Assembly (NCBI GenBank): GCA_963797555.1
Contig: CAWCPV010000003.1
Location: forward strand, 864,001 to 928,000
Origin: an uncultured Gammaproteobacteria bacterium
GTDB lineage: Bacteria > Pseudomonadota > Gammaproteobacteria > CAWCPV01
DNA length: 64,000 nt
Reading direction: 5' to 3'
Shown piece after piece: positions 29,779 through 38,872 of this stretch (position 1 is its first letter; every line of letters begins with the position of its first letter). Below the pieces are notes generated by a model that saw nothing but the letters and a program-made list of their open reading frames with translations, searched no databases and had not been told where the DNA came from. The position numbers were made by a program, and so were the translations under genes.

Positions 29779-30477
29779 TCAGTTCACCGGAAGCTTGACC
29801 CGGAGGGATTCCCGGTCGAACCACCATTCGTCCTGCACCAGCACGTCGACGACGTTGCGCAGTCGCGGCAGAAAGCGCTCGGGATCGTCCAACTGGAGTC
29901 GCTTGACCCACGCGTCGAACCCTTCCTGGGACAGGACTCGACTATGACGCTGGGCGACTCCCCCCAGCAGTTGATTGGCGAAGAAACGTAGGGTCGGTGC
30001 CTGCTCATCCGACGCGCGCAGATCCACCACATAAACGGCAGCAGCTGCGGCCACTGCAGCACCGTCAGAGTCGTCGGGCGTCTCGTCGACCACGTGCTCC
30101 AGCATGGCGAGGGTCAGCCCAGGATCCACAGGGTAGGTGACCGCCAACCAGATACCCTGACCAAGCGCACTCAGCGAGCCCGGTTGCTCGGCTCGAAACA
30201 GGATGTCGCAGGCCTCGACCGCTTGGTTCCACGCCTCGGCGGCGTGGCATGTCTCGAAAGCCTGACGAGCTACCTGCCAGGCATCTTCGCTCCGCTGCAA
30301 GGCCAGCAGGGTGCGCGCCATCTCGAGTCTCACGGCGACACCCTCCAACGGATGAGCGTCGGACAGCTCGCGCAGCCTCTCCCGTTGAGCGTCGAGGTGT
30401 GATTGCAGCGCATCCGCCGATGCGCTTTCCCCTAGCGCATGCGGCGGCGCGGCCTCGCCCAGTCCAAGATAGTTCAT
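29779..30477 (-). CDS. Hypothetical alpha-helical (TPR-like) protein
   Basis: AVEACDILF, ALGQGIWLAVTYPVDP.LT and DETPDDSDGAAVAAA. Its stop is 1 bp from the cas6-like start. Confidence 0.8.
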   Translation of the reverse strand: MNYLGLGEAAPPHALGESASADALQSHLDAQRERLRELSDAHPLEGVAVRLEMARTLLALQRSEDAWQVARQAFETCHAAEAWNQAVEACDILFRAEQPGSLSALGQGIWLAVTYPVDPGLTLAMLEHVVDETPDDSDGAAVAAAAAVYVVDLRASDEQAPTLRFFANQLLGGVAQRHSRVLSQEGFDAWVKRLQLDDPERFLPRLRNVVDVLVQDEWWFDRESLRVKLPVN

Positions 30478-30511
30478 CGATCGCTCCGGAGTCCAGAGCC
30501 ATGCCGGCCCC

Positions 30512-30706
30512 TTACTTGATAGCCGCGCTGAACGCTGCCTCCAACCGGTCTTCCCAATCCTCCGGGGTGTCGGGGAATGGGGGCTTGACATCCATGCGGA
30601 AGAATACCTCGCCGCCTCGGGCGGCCTCCTGGACTACTTTCACCAAGTCATCGAACGACTGCAGCGTATGCTGGGAGATCAGTATCTCGCTTAGCCAGAG
30701 CATCAC
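30512..30706 (-). CDS. Hypothetical small protein (about 63 aa)
   Basis: LWLSEILI...FFRMDVKPPFPDTPEDWEDRLEAAF; GGGAG RBS; 12 bp after the TauD-like gene. Confidence 0.75.
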   Translation of the reverse strand: MMLWLSEILISQHTLQSFDDLVKVVQEAARGGEVFFRMDVKPPFPDTPEDWEDRLEAAFSAAIK

Positions 30707-30718
30707 GCTCCCCGGGGA

Positions 30719-31663
30719 CTAAGCAGCGACCGCGCAGCCAGTTGCATCGATGCGGTCGTAGTATCTGGCCCGGTAGACTAGGCGCTGTCGGCCGATTCCG
30801 GCGTCGTCAACGAACGCAGTCCGGCTATGCAGCACGTTGTTGCAGACGATACCCTGCCCCGGCTCAAGGCGATGCCGCAACAAGTACGGGGACTCCGCCA
30901 AGAGGCACTGGAGGAACTCCACCGCCGCTCCAGTAGTCCGGTCGGGCTTCCAGTGGATGTTACGCTTGCGGGCCGTGTAACGCATATGGAGGCTGCCCGT
31001 GCCCGCATCCACCGAGAACACCGGACCGGACTGGGCAGCGCGGATCTCGCAACCGTCCTCCATGTTCGGCGGGATGGTCATGGCGTCTGTCTGCATCAGC
31101 GCCGACACAAGACGCGGATCGTGGTCACGCATCAGCAGATAGGCCATCTCGTGGTCGAACAACGCATTCTCGCCGCCACTCGCGGCGTCCTGGGCGCACA
31201 GCAGGATAAAGGCACGGATCCGCTGCGGCGGCGGATTATAATAGCCGTCCGTATGCCAGCTAAGCGGACGATTAGTGTAGGGTATATATCCTTGGTGCCT
31301 GCCCTCGGACTTCACCTGCACAGAGGTCACGCTATCTTCATCAGCGCACAAATTGAAGTCTAAGCGCCGCAACCCAAGCTGCTCACCGACGCTGCGCACC
31401 GCCGACTTGTCCACCGGTTGCGGGCGCCGGCAGGCGAAGATAGCCGTATTTGTTTTGTGACAAGCTCGCAAGATCGCCTCCCGCTCCCCGCGGGTCAGGG
31501 AAAACAGATCCCGAACCTCGACTAACAGGTCATCGGCCGAACGCGGGTAGCCCGAAACTTTCCGGTCGCGCCATCTTTCGTATGCCGACTGAGCACTGAG
31601 ATCGAAAGGCCCAAGCCCATCCCAGCTTAGCCGAGATGCCAGGCCTGCCACCTGCACCTCCAC
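30719..31663 (-). CDS. TauD/TfdA-family Fe(II)/2OG dioxygenase
   Basis: LSWHTDGYY, GGENALFDH, CNNVLHSRTAF and RLVYRARY motifs. Confidence 0.85.
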   Translation of the reverse strand: MEVQVAGLASRLSWDGLGPFDLSAQSAYERWRDRKVSGYPRSADDLLVEVRDLFSLTRGEREAILRACHKTNTAIFACRRPQPVDKSAVRSVGEQLGLRRLDFNLCADEDSVTSVQVKSEGRHQGYIPYTNRPLSWHTDGYYNPPPQRIRAFILLCAQDAASGGENALFDHEMAYLLMRDHDPRLVSALMQTDAMTIPPNMEDGCEIRAAQSGPVFSVDAGTGSLHMRYTARKRNIHWKPDRTTGAAVEFLQCLLAESPYLLRHRLEPGQGIVCNNVLHSRTAFVDDAGIGRQRLVYRARYYDRIDATGCAVAA

Positions 31664-32429
31664 GAGCGCGAAACACGTGCCACAGCATGCACCTCGACTC
31701 TACTTCATGCAGCCCGGCAGGCTGCAAAAGCTATCGTCAGCAATCCACCGGACAACGTCATGGTAACCAATAAATCATAATAAAGTTGGGCGCTTATGTA
31801 AACCGGGCGGAAACGCCAAAGAACTGGCGCATTTCTGGCACCGCCTGCCTCCGGAAACACGCGCATGCCGGCGGATGGCGCCGGCATCTGCAGCCGCCTG
31901 GCCGAGCGCCAAAACGCCGACGCCGGGACGTGGGCAGCACTCCGGGGAAAGTGCGGCAGGGGACCCTGGACAGCGGGGGCATGGCAGACGTGTTGAGCGC
32001 GGTCGACAGGCCGGGCGGGTCGTCGTGGAAAGGTCCCAATCACGCTCGGGTCTTCCCGGACCTTCACGCGGTGGATTTGGCCGAGTAACATGATGGGGGG
32101 GTCTGCCGACGAGCGGCCCGAGAGGTGGCCCCAGCATCGCCATCGCCTCGCCGAAGGACCTCGATCATCAGCCGCCCCGGAGGACAGGCCGGTGCAACAG
32201 CTCATCGATGCCAGCAGAGCCGCACGCCTCGCAGGGGTGCCGCACGAGAGATCCAGCGCCAGATCGTGGCGGGCAGCCTGCCGACCTGCGAAGGGGTCGG
32301 CGAACTCAGGCGCCTGGAGTACCCGTACTCAAGTCGCGGCTAACCGCTTTGCCATCCCTTGTCTGTTGTCCCTCACACTGGCGCCCACGGGATCCATTGA
32401 TGAGGGTAGCGGCACTGACGTTCGACACC

Positions 32430-32738
32430 ATGACCGGTTGCGCTGACAGCGAGCCTTTTGCCCTGCGGGTACTCGGCGACAGCATGGAGCCGGAGTTCGC
32501 GGAAGGCACTATCATCATCATCGAGCCCGGCGGCTTGGTCGAGGATGGCTGCTTCGTCGTTGCACAGCACGACGGCGAGTACGTTTTCCGCCAGTTGGTC
32601 CGGGACGGCGTGCGGTGGCTGCTCAGGCCCCTCAACGACAGATATCCCGCGGTCGAAATACCGGGCATTCAGTCCATCAAGGGCCGGGTCATCCAAAAAG
32701 CCGGCAAGTACCGACGCGACAGGAAGCACTACCTCTGA
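32430..32738 (+). CDS. Stand-alone S24 (LexA/UmuD C-terminal) domain protein
   Basis: FALRVLGDSMEP...EYVFRQL...LRPLN..YP...IKGRV. No N-terminal HTH. Start is 32400 or 32430. Confidence 0.8.
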   Translation: MTGCADSEPFALRVLGDSMEPEFAEGTIIIIEPGGLVEDGCFVVAQHDGEYVFRQLVRDGVRWLLRPLNDRYPAVEIPGIQSIKGRVIQKAGKYRRDRKHYL

Positions 32739-32816
32739 CGGCGGATCGAGCCAGTCCTTCAGGGACCCGCTGGGCGTTGTGTACGCGCGTCGCCCTGCGC
32801 CGCGCCTTTGGTCGCC

Positions 32817-34268
32817 TCACCAGTCCCACGTGGCATAGATGCCGGGACGGAACACCTCCCTGCCGGATTCGGTGAACGCGAAGGTGTACGGATCAATGGC
32901 ATTGCCCAGATCCTCGCACCAGGAGGGATGACTGTAGTTGATGTCGGTGAAGAACCACAGCCCTCGCACCGATTGGCATGCGGCCGTAATCATCTGGATC
33001 TGCTCACCCGCCTCCCTGCCGACGATGCACCCGCCCAGCAGTTGTCCGGTCTCCTCATCGTGCACCACCTCTATGAACCCTTCGTAGTCGTGGCGGGCGC
33101 GCGCCTTGGGTGAACCGCTGAGGTTGGTGCGCACCACCGCGGCATCGAAACCTGCTTCCTCTGCCCGTTCCTCGGTGAGCCCCACGGCGGCGATCTCCAG
33201 GGCGGAATCGATTACGATGGGCACCCGGTTATAGTTGCTGCGCAACTGGTTGCCTTTGACGGCGTTGACCGCGGCGACCTTGGCGTCGTGGAGCGCGGCG
33301 TTGGCAGTCATCGGACCGCGCTTGACATCACCCACGGCGTAGATGCCGGGGACGACTGTCTCGAGGTACTCATTCGTCACGACGAAGCCATCCGCGTCCA
33401 GTTGGACGCCGACGTGCTCTAGCCCGAGGCCGCGGCTCGTTGGTGTGCGCCCGATGGCAACCAAGACCCGCTGAAAGGTCCCCTGGCTGCCGTCGGTGAA
33501 GGTCACCCGCACCCCTTCGCGCTGGATCTCCCCGCGAGCCACCGACACTCCTTTACATACCTCGATGCCGAGGCGCTGGAACTTTCGCTCCAACATCTGG
33601 CTGGCACGCTGCGGGATACTGGTCTTGTTGAGCAGGCGGTCCGCCTGCTCCGCAATGGTGACGTTTGCGCCGAACTGATGCATGAGGTAGCCCAGCTCGG
33701 TCCCGATAGCGCCTCCGCCGAGGCAAAGCACGCTCTGCGGCAGCGCATCAAGGTGCAGCATGAAGTCCCGGGAGGTCAGCACCCGGTCGCGGTCGCTCGG
33801 ACAGAGGGGATGCTCCCGAGGTGAGCTGCCCGTAGCGATGACGACGTGCTGGGCACGCAGGGTCTGGTACACCGCCCCGCCGCCGCCAGTGGGCTCCACT
33901 TCCACCAGACGCGCATCCTGGAGCCTTGCATGCCCCCGATACAGGCGAATACCCAGACGTCGGAGCCAGACCGGAAAGTGCTCCCGGATGTCTCGGACCA
34001 CTTGGTTCTTGTGCTCGACCGCGCCCGCAAAATCGCCGTTGACGCGCCCTGTAAGACCGCGACCTTGCAGGGCGTTGATGTCCTCGATCATGGACGCCAA
34101 GTGCAGCAGCGTCTTCTTGGGCACACAGCCCTGGTTCAGACAGGTGCCTCCAGGCAAAGACTTCTCCACCAAGGCGACGCGTGCCCCGAGCTGAGCCGCG
34201 GTTACCGCCGCCTTGTAGCCTCCCGGGCCGCTGCCGATAACAACGAGATCAAAATCCTTGGCATCCAT
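32817..34268 (-). CDS. Dihydrolipoamide-dehydrogenase-like pyridine nucleotide-disulfide oxidoreductase
   Basis: GSGPGG, GGTCLNQGCVPKK, GGGAIG, IYAVGD and C-terminal HPSWCE motifs. Confidence 0.88.
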   Translation of the reverse strand: MDAKDFDLVVIGSGPGGYKAAVTAAQLGARVALVEKSLPGGTCLNQGCVPKKTLLHLASMIEDINALQGRGLTGRVNGDFAGAVEHKNQVVRDIREHFPVWLRRLGIRLYRGHARLQDARLVEVEPTGGGGAVYQTLRAQHVVIATGSSPREHPLCPSDRDRVLTSRDFMLHLDALPQSVLCLGGGAIGTELGYLMHQFGANVTIAEQADRLLNKTSIPQRASQMLERKFQRLGIEVCKGVSVARGEIQREGVRVTFTDGSQGTFQRVLVAIGRTPTSRGLGLEHVGVQLDADGFVVTNEYLETVVPGIYAVGDVKRGPMTANAALHDAKVAAVNAVKGNQLRSNYNRVPIVIDSALEIAAVGLTEERAEEAGFDAAVVRTNLSGSPKARARHDYEGFIEVVHDEETGQLLGGCIVGREAGEQIQMITAACQSVRGLWFFTDINYSHPSWCEDLGNAIDPYTFAFTESGREVFRPGIYATWDW

Positions 34269-34307
34269 GGCTTCCGGCTGCGGCGCCCCACCGTCCGGAC
34301 CGGCTCC

Positions 34308-34622
34308 TCAACGCTTCTTCGGTGGCACGTAGTGGGGGTCGTTGGGATTCATGAAGATGAACTGGAAGCTACCCGCCTCCAGCTCCACATAGTCTAGGAC
34401 GCAGCCATCCAGCAGATCCGTGTATTCCGGGTCCACCACCACGTCCACCTCGTATGCTGGAATGCGGATATCGCTATCGCGGATGTGGTCAAAACCCATC
34501 GCATAGTCGATGGAGCCGTCGGGCTTACGGGTCGCCGCGATGCGCAGAGCCATGCCTTCCATGCCTCCACCCTGGGCAGCCACATGAATCTGCTTCCCCG
34601 CTCGCTCGGTGACGGTGATCAT
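34308..34622 (-). CDS. dsrR: DsrR (IscA/HesB-like, lacking the Cys triad)
   Basis: LRIAATRKPDGSIDYAMGFD...LDYVELE...FIFMNPNDP; directly after dsrN. Confidence 0.85.
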   Translation of the reverse strand: MITVTERAGKQIHVAAQGGGMEGMALRIAATRKPDGSIDYAMGFDHIRDSDIRIPAYEVDVVVDPEYTDLLDGCVLDYVELEAGSFQFIFMNPNDPHYVPPKKR

Positions 34623-34652
34623 GGGTCTCCTCCGATTGGCTCCGCGCCAGCC

Positions 34653-36068
34653 TCAGTGCATGCCGACCGCGTGCCGCCAACTCTCCCGGGCCCTCCGGCA
34701 ACGACGCACGTAGGCCACGAAACGGCTCACCCAACGGTTGTCCTCTGCGTCGCGCTGGTGCGCATAGCTGGCGAGAACGCGTCTGTACACGATCCCGTCG
34801 TGATTCCCATCGATTCCAGCGCCTCTGAGCACCCGATAAGCGAACTCGATGCCCTCGCCAAGGTTCTCCACACTCGAGTGATGGAATTCGTGAGCGGCGA
34901 ACTCTGCGGGCCTCCCGTCGGAGCTGAGCAGCGGCCAGGGCCCCTTACCGGTCTCCTGCAAGCGCACATAACCGCGCCCCATCGGCCGGTCGTGCATCAC
35001 CACGTCAGCCGGGATGGCGCCGACCATGGCGCAGCTCTGACCCCGCCAAGTAATGCGCCGTGCTAGATACATGAGACCTCCACACTCGGCGTACACCGGC
35101 ATATCCGCTTCGATGAACCGACGCACGTCGGCGCGCAGCGCCGCATTCTTCTGCAGGGCGGCCATGTGCGTCTCCGGGAATCCACCCCCGATGAACAGGG
35201 CATCCACGTCCGGCAGGAGACCAGCGCTGAGCGTGTCAAAGGGCACGATGTCCGCTCCTGCGGACCGCATGGCCTCCAAATCCCCCGGGTAGTAGAAGCC
35301 GAATGCCGCGTCTCGCGCCACGCCGATGCGCACGTCGGGAACTGGGTCGGGACTGCGTGAGGTCCCGAGCACGTTTTCCGAGTCCTGGGCTTGTCCGGCC
35401 ACCTCGAGCACCGCGCCGAGGTCCACATGCGCCGCGACGAGGCGTGCGATCTGCTCGACGCGCGCATCCGGCTGACCGGCTTCGTTGCTCGGTATCAGAC
35501 CAATGTGACGCTCGACAATCTCCATATCGGCGTGATTCGGCACCGCGCCGAGGACACGCACATCCGTGTAGTGCTCGATTACGGCGCGAAGCTTGCCCTC
35601 GTGCCGGCTTCCTCCAAGACGGTTCAGGATCACCCCGGCGATGTGGATATCCGGCTCGAATGCCTGGTACCCCAGAATAAGCGGCGCGATGCCGCGGGTC
35701 ATGCCGCGGGCGTCGATGGCCAGAACCACGGGCGAACCCAGTAGGCTCGCCAGGGCAGCATTGCTGTTGCTGCCGTGCAGATCCAGCCCGTCATAGAGCC
35801 CCTTGTTACCCTCGATGACGGCGAGATCTGCACCGGCCGCGTAGCGGGCGAACGTCGCCCGAATCTCCGACCTGCCCATGGTGTAGAAGTCCAGGTTGTG
35901 GCACGGACGTCCCGCCGCCCGCCCGAGCCACATCGGATCGATGTAGTCCGGCCCTTTCTTGAACGGCTGCACGACGTGGCCACGGGCCGCGAGGGCCGCG
36001 CATAGTCCGATGCTGACCGTAGTCTTGCCCGAGGACTTGTGAGCGGCAGAGATTAGCAGATGGGGCAT
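34653..36068 (-). CDS. dsrN: Siroheme amidase DsrN (CbiA/CobB-like)
   Basis: HKSSGKTT, FKKGPDYIDP, IEGNKGLYDG, AECGGLMYL and HEFH motifs. Confidence 0.9.
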   Translation of the reverse strand: MPHLLISAAHKSSGKTTVSIGLCAALAARGHVVQPFKKGPDYIDPMWLGRAAGRPCHNLDFYTMGRSEIRATFARYAAGADLAVIEGNKGLYDGLDLHGSNSNAALASLLGSPVVLAIDARGMTRGIAPLILGYQAFEPDIHIAGVILNRLGGSRHEGKLRAVIEHYTDVRVLGAVPNHADMEIVERHIGLIPSNEAGQPDARVEQIARLVAAHVDLGAVLEVAGQAQDSENVLGTSRSPDPVPDVRIGVARDAAFGFYYPGDLEAMRSAGADIVPFDTLSAGLLPDVDALFIGGGFPETHMAALQKNAALRADVRRFIEADMPVYAECGGLMYLARRITWRGQSCAMVGAIPADVVMHDRPMGRGYVRLQETGKGPWPLLSSDGRPAEFAAHEFHHSSVENLGEGIEFAYRVLRGAGIDGNHDGIVYRRVLASYAHQRDAEDNRWVSRFVAYVRRCRRARESWRHAVGMH

Positions 36069-36217
36069 GCCCAAGCGACCTGCGTCAACGTGAGGACGGT
36101 CTTCCGCCGTCCAGTGGGGATTGGCGCGGCCCGACAGCAAGATACCGCAACGCCGTGCGCCGAGCCTTAGTCCACGCGGTCCCGCTGCGCCGCACGGGCG
36201 CCGCAGAAGCAAACACC

Positions 36218-37462
36218 TCAGGCTGTTGCCGGCTTCGCGCCCACCTGCGACGGCTCGCCGGCAGCGTGGGGATCCACCTGCTCATCCGCCAGGCTTTTCG
36301 GGAGGAAAGGAAGCACCTTAATGGCAACGGCTGCCATGAGCAACGCGATGGCTACGCCACCCACACCCAGCGCCACCTCGGGCACACTCGGGACATAGTG
36401 CGCCACCGTTCCGTCGAAGAAGGCGCTGCGCACCTCCATGCCCGGAAACATCAGGAGCGGATAGGCCTGGCCGCCGATGATGGTGACGTACATCTGGCCC
36501 AGTCCGCCGACCACCACCAGTGCCGCACCCACCACCGTCCAAAGCCGACTGCCGCTGAACGGCGTCAGGTAGAAGAGCACCAACGGGATGAGCCCCCCAA
36601 TCCCCACCTGCACAAGCCAGAACACGGCAGTGTAGGAACCCCCGTCCAGCAGGATGAAGCGCTCCACGCCATGGTGGTTCGTCATGTACAGGTTGGTAAG
36701 GTGGTAGACCAAGACGAAGTACAGCACGGCAGCGACAAATACGCCGAGCAGATTCTTCAGGCGCCTCACCACGGCATCACCCAAAGGACGCCCGGCGCTC
36801 CGGTAGGCGGCCATCATGACCAGCAGGAATATCGCGGTCCCATAGGCAAACGACATGACCACGAACATCGGCGCCATGATGGCCGAATCGTAAGCCTGTC
36901 GCGCAACCAGGAAACCGAATATGGACCCGGTGCCGGTGGTCAGGATGAGCCGCCACAGAAACGCGAAGAAACCCACCGGCTTGCTATAGGGGTTCATGCG
37001 CCGCTCCATCATCATCCACACGTACACTGCCACCAAGCCGATGAACCCGGTATACAGGAAGATGTTCCAGGCGAAAATGGACTTGAAGTTGTAATAGGTC
37101 ATGGCCACGATGAGCCTGTCCGGCCGCCCGAGGTCGAGAACGAGCACGCACAGTCCCCCGACGAGGAGCGCGATGGCCAGCAGCCCAGAGAGCCTCGCCA
37201 GCGGTTTATAGAGACTCCGGCCGAACACGGAGGCGATGGACGCGACGTTCAGCGCGCCGGAGGCAGCGACGATCAGGAAAACCGCGAACACGTGCGGCGT
37301 GCCCCACACGATCTGGTTGCTCATGCCGGTGACTCGGTGACCCTGCGTTTCCATGTAATAGGCCGCCGCCAGCCCGATGGCCACCAGCCCAGCCAGCAGC
37401 GCCACAAGGCCCCAATAGCCTGCGCTGCGCCCTGCGAGTTCCTGGTATTCGATGGTTTTCAT
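36218..37462 (-). CDS. dsrP: DsrP (NrfD/PsrC-family membrane subunit)
   Basis: TGMSNQIVWG.PH and DLGRPDRL motifs, with multiple transmembrane helices. Confidence 0.92.
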   Translation of the reverse strand: MKTIEYQELAGRSAGYWGLVALLAGLVAIGLAAAYYMETQGHRVTGMSNQIVWGTPHVFAVFLIVAASGALNVASIASVFGRSLYKPLARLSGLLAIALLVGGLCVLVLDLGRPDRLIVAMTYYNFKSIFAWNIFLYTGFIGLVAVYVWMMMERRMNPYSKPVGFFAFLWRLILTTGTGSIFGFLVARQAYDSAIMAPMFVVMSFAYGTAIFLLVMMAAYRSAGRPLGDAVVRRLKNLLGVFVAAVLYFVLVYHLTNLYMTNHHGVERFILLDGGSYTAVFWLVQVGIGGLIPLVLFYLTPFSGSRLWTVVGAALVVVGGLGQMYVTIIGGQAYPLLMFPGMEVRSAFFDGTVAHYVPSVPEVALGVGGVAIALLMAAVAIKVLPFLPKSLADEQVDPHAAGEPSQVGAKPATA

Positions 37463-37630
37463 GTGTCCCTACAAGCAGTCATCCTGAAGTATACGCCGGG
37501 TGCTGTAGGTCCCACTCACCCGCTTGCGGGAGGAGCTAGCGGCGACGGAACCCGTCATGGCGCGAGCGTTTTCCTGCGCCCGGACGGCGAAAGCCGCCAT
37601 GAGCGGTTTGGGTAGCGCGGCCGGGGCCCC

Positions 37631-38378
37631 TCATACGCCCTGGTAGCGCACGCCGGTATTCAGCTCGAGATCGGCCCGGACCTGTCGGCTCACCACCTGT
37701 CGAGCCCGCTTGGAGATGTCGCTGTCGGGATTATTCATATCCCCGAACACCATCGCACCACCAGCCTTCGCGCTACAGGCCTCGACGCAGGCCGGGATAC
37801 GCCCGGTGTCCACCCGCTGCACGCAGAAGGTACAGCTCTCCACTGTCCCCTTGCCTCGCGGCACCTGGGTGACCTGCTCGTGCAGGGGCTCGTGGACAAA
37901 GGAGCGCGCCTTATACGGACAGGCCATCATGCAGTAGCGGCAGCCGATACAGATGTGCTTGTCCACCAGCACGATGCCGTCCGCGCGGCGGAACGACGCG
38001 CCGGTCGGACAGACATCCACGCAAGGCGGATGCTCACAGTGCTGGCAGAGCATCGGGAGGGTGATGCCTTCCCCGTAGTCTTGTCCCGCAGATCCACTTT
38101 GCGGATCCACTGCGCATCGATCCGGGACGATCGGTGACACTCCAGCCGTTTTCATCACCGCAAGCCTTCACGCACGCATCGCAGCCCTCGGCGCACTTGG
38201 TCGCATCGATCAGCATCCCCCAGCGCACCGCAGACGACACAGGCTCATCCGCCGAGCGCGCTCTGACCAAGTCTACCAGCCGAATCCCGGGTGCCAACAT
38301 GAGCAGGGCTGTTGCCGCCGCAGCCGTCCCCAGGAACTCCCGGCGCCCGCTGTCGGGCTGATCTTCCCTCTTGCTCAC
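37631..38378 (-). CDS. dsrO: DsrO (Tat-exported 4Fe-4S protein); two single-base frameshifts as sequenced
   Basis: RREFL Tat signal and CAEGCDAC. A bridging frame IDAQWIRKVDLRDKTTGK lies between shifts near 38122 and 38066, then LCQHCEHPPCVDVCP and CIGCRYCMMACP. Confidence 0.88.
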
Positions 38379-38860
38379 CGTGCCACCCCTGCGCCAGAAA
38401 CGTGACTCGCTGACCTGCCCTTTTCCGCGGGACTCTTGTGCTCCGCCTCCCGCACCTCGAACTCACTTTCCCGTGGCACCGTTGCGTGACACTGGAAGCA
38501 GTCGATCTCCACGGCCGCGTACTCGTGGCAACTCTCGCAGAACTGCCCCCGTGCGTTCACCGGCACGGGCTTGCCCGTGTGATCCTTGCTGACATGGCAG
38601 GCCACGCACTCCGCGAGACTGTGTCGTGTGGTGCGTATGCCCAGATGCATGGTCTCATCGCGCTGATGCAAGATGAATTCCATATGGTCACGCCGCATCA
38701 CGTCGATGGGCTCGACGCATTGCTGCGTCGCGCTGAACCTCGCGTTGGCCTCGGGGTGGCTGGGCAAGGGCACCCGGCTATCCCTGGCCGCCACCGGACC
38801 CGCGGCAAGCGCCGCCGCGAGCGCCAGCCCGATGATACTCACAGGCTTCAAGCCGCGCAT
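38375..38860 (-). CDS. dsrJ: DsrJ triheme cytochrome c
   Basis: Signal peptide; CVACH, CESCH and CFQCH heme motifs; MRRDHM. Confidence 0.92.
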   Translation of the reverse strand: MRGLKPVSIIGLALAAALAAGPVAARDSRVPLPSHPEANARFSATQQCVEPIDVMRRDHMEFILHQRDETMHLGIRTTRHSLAECVACHVSKDHTGKPVPVNARGQFCESCHEYAAVEIDCFQCHATVPRESEFEVREAEHKSPAEKGRSASHVSGAGVAR

Positions 38861-38872
38861 TCCCGACCGACC

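Noticed and set aside
38060-38130. Programmed ribosomal frameshifting in dsrO
   Set aside because: It would need two shifts within 60 nt and no slippery heptamer is present; error or mutation is more parsimonious.
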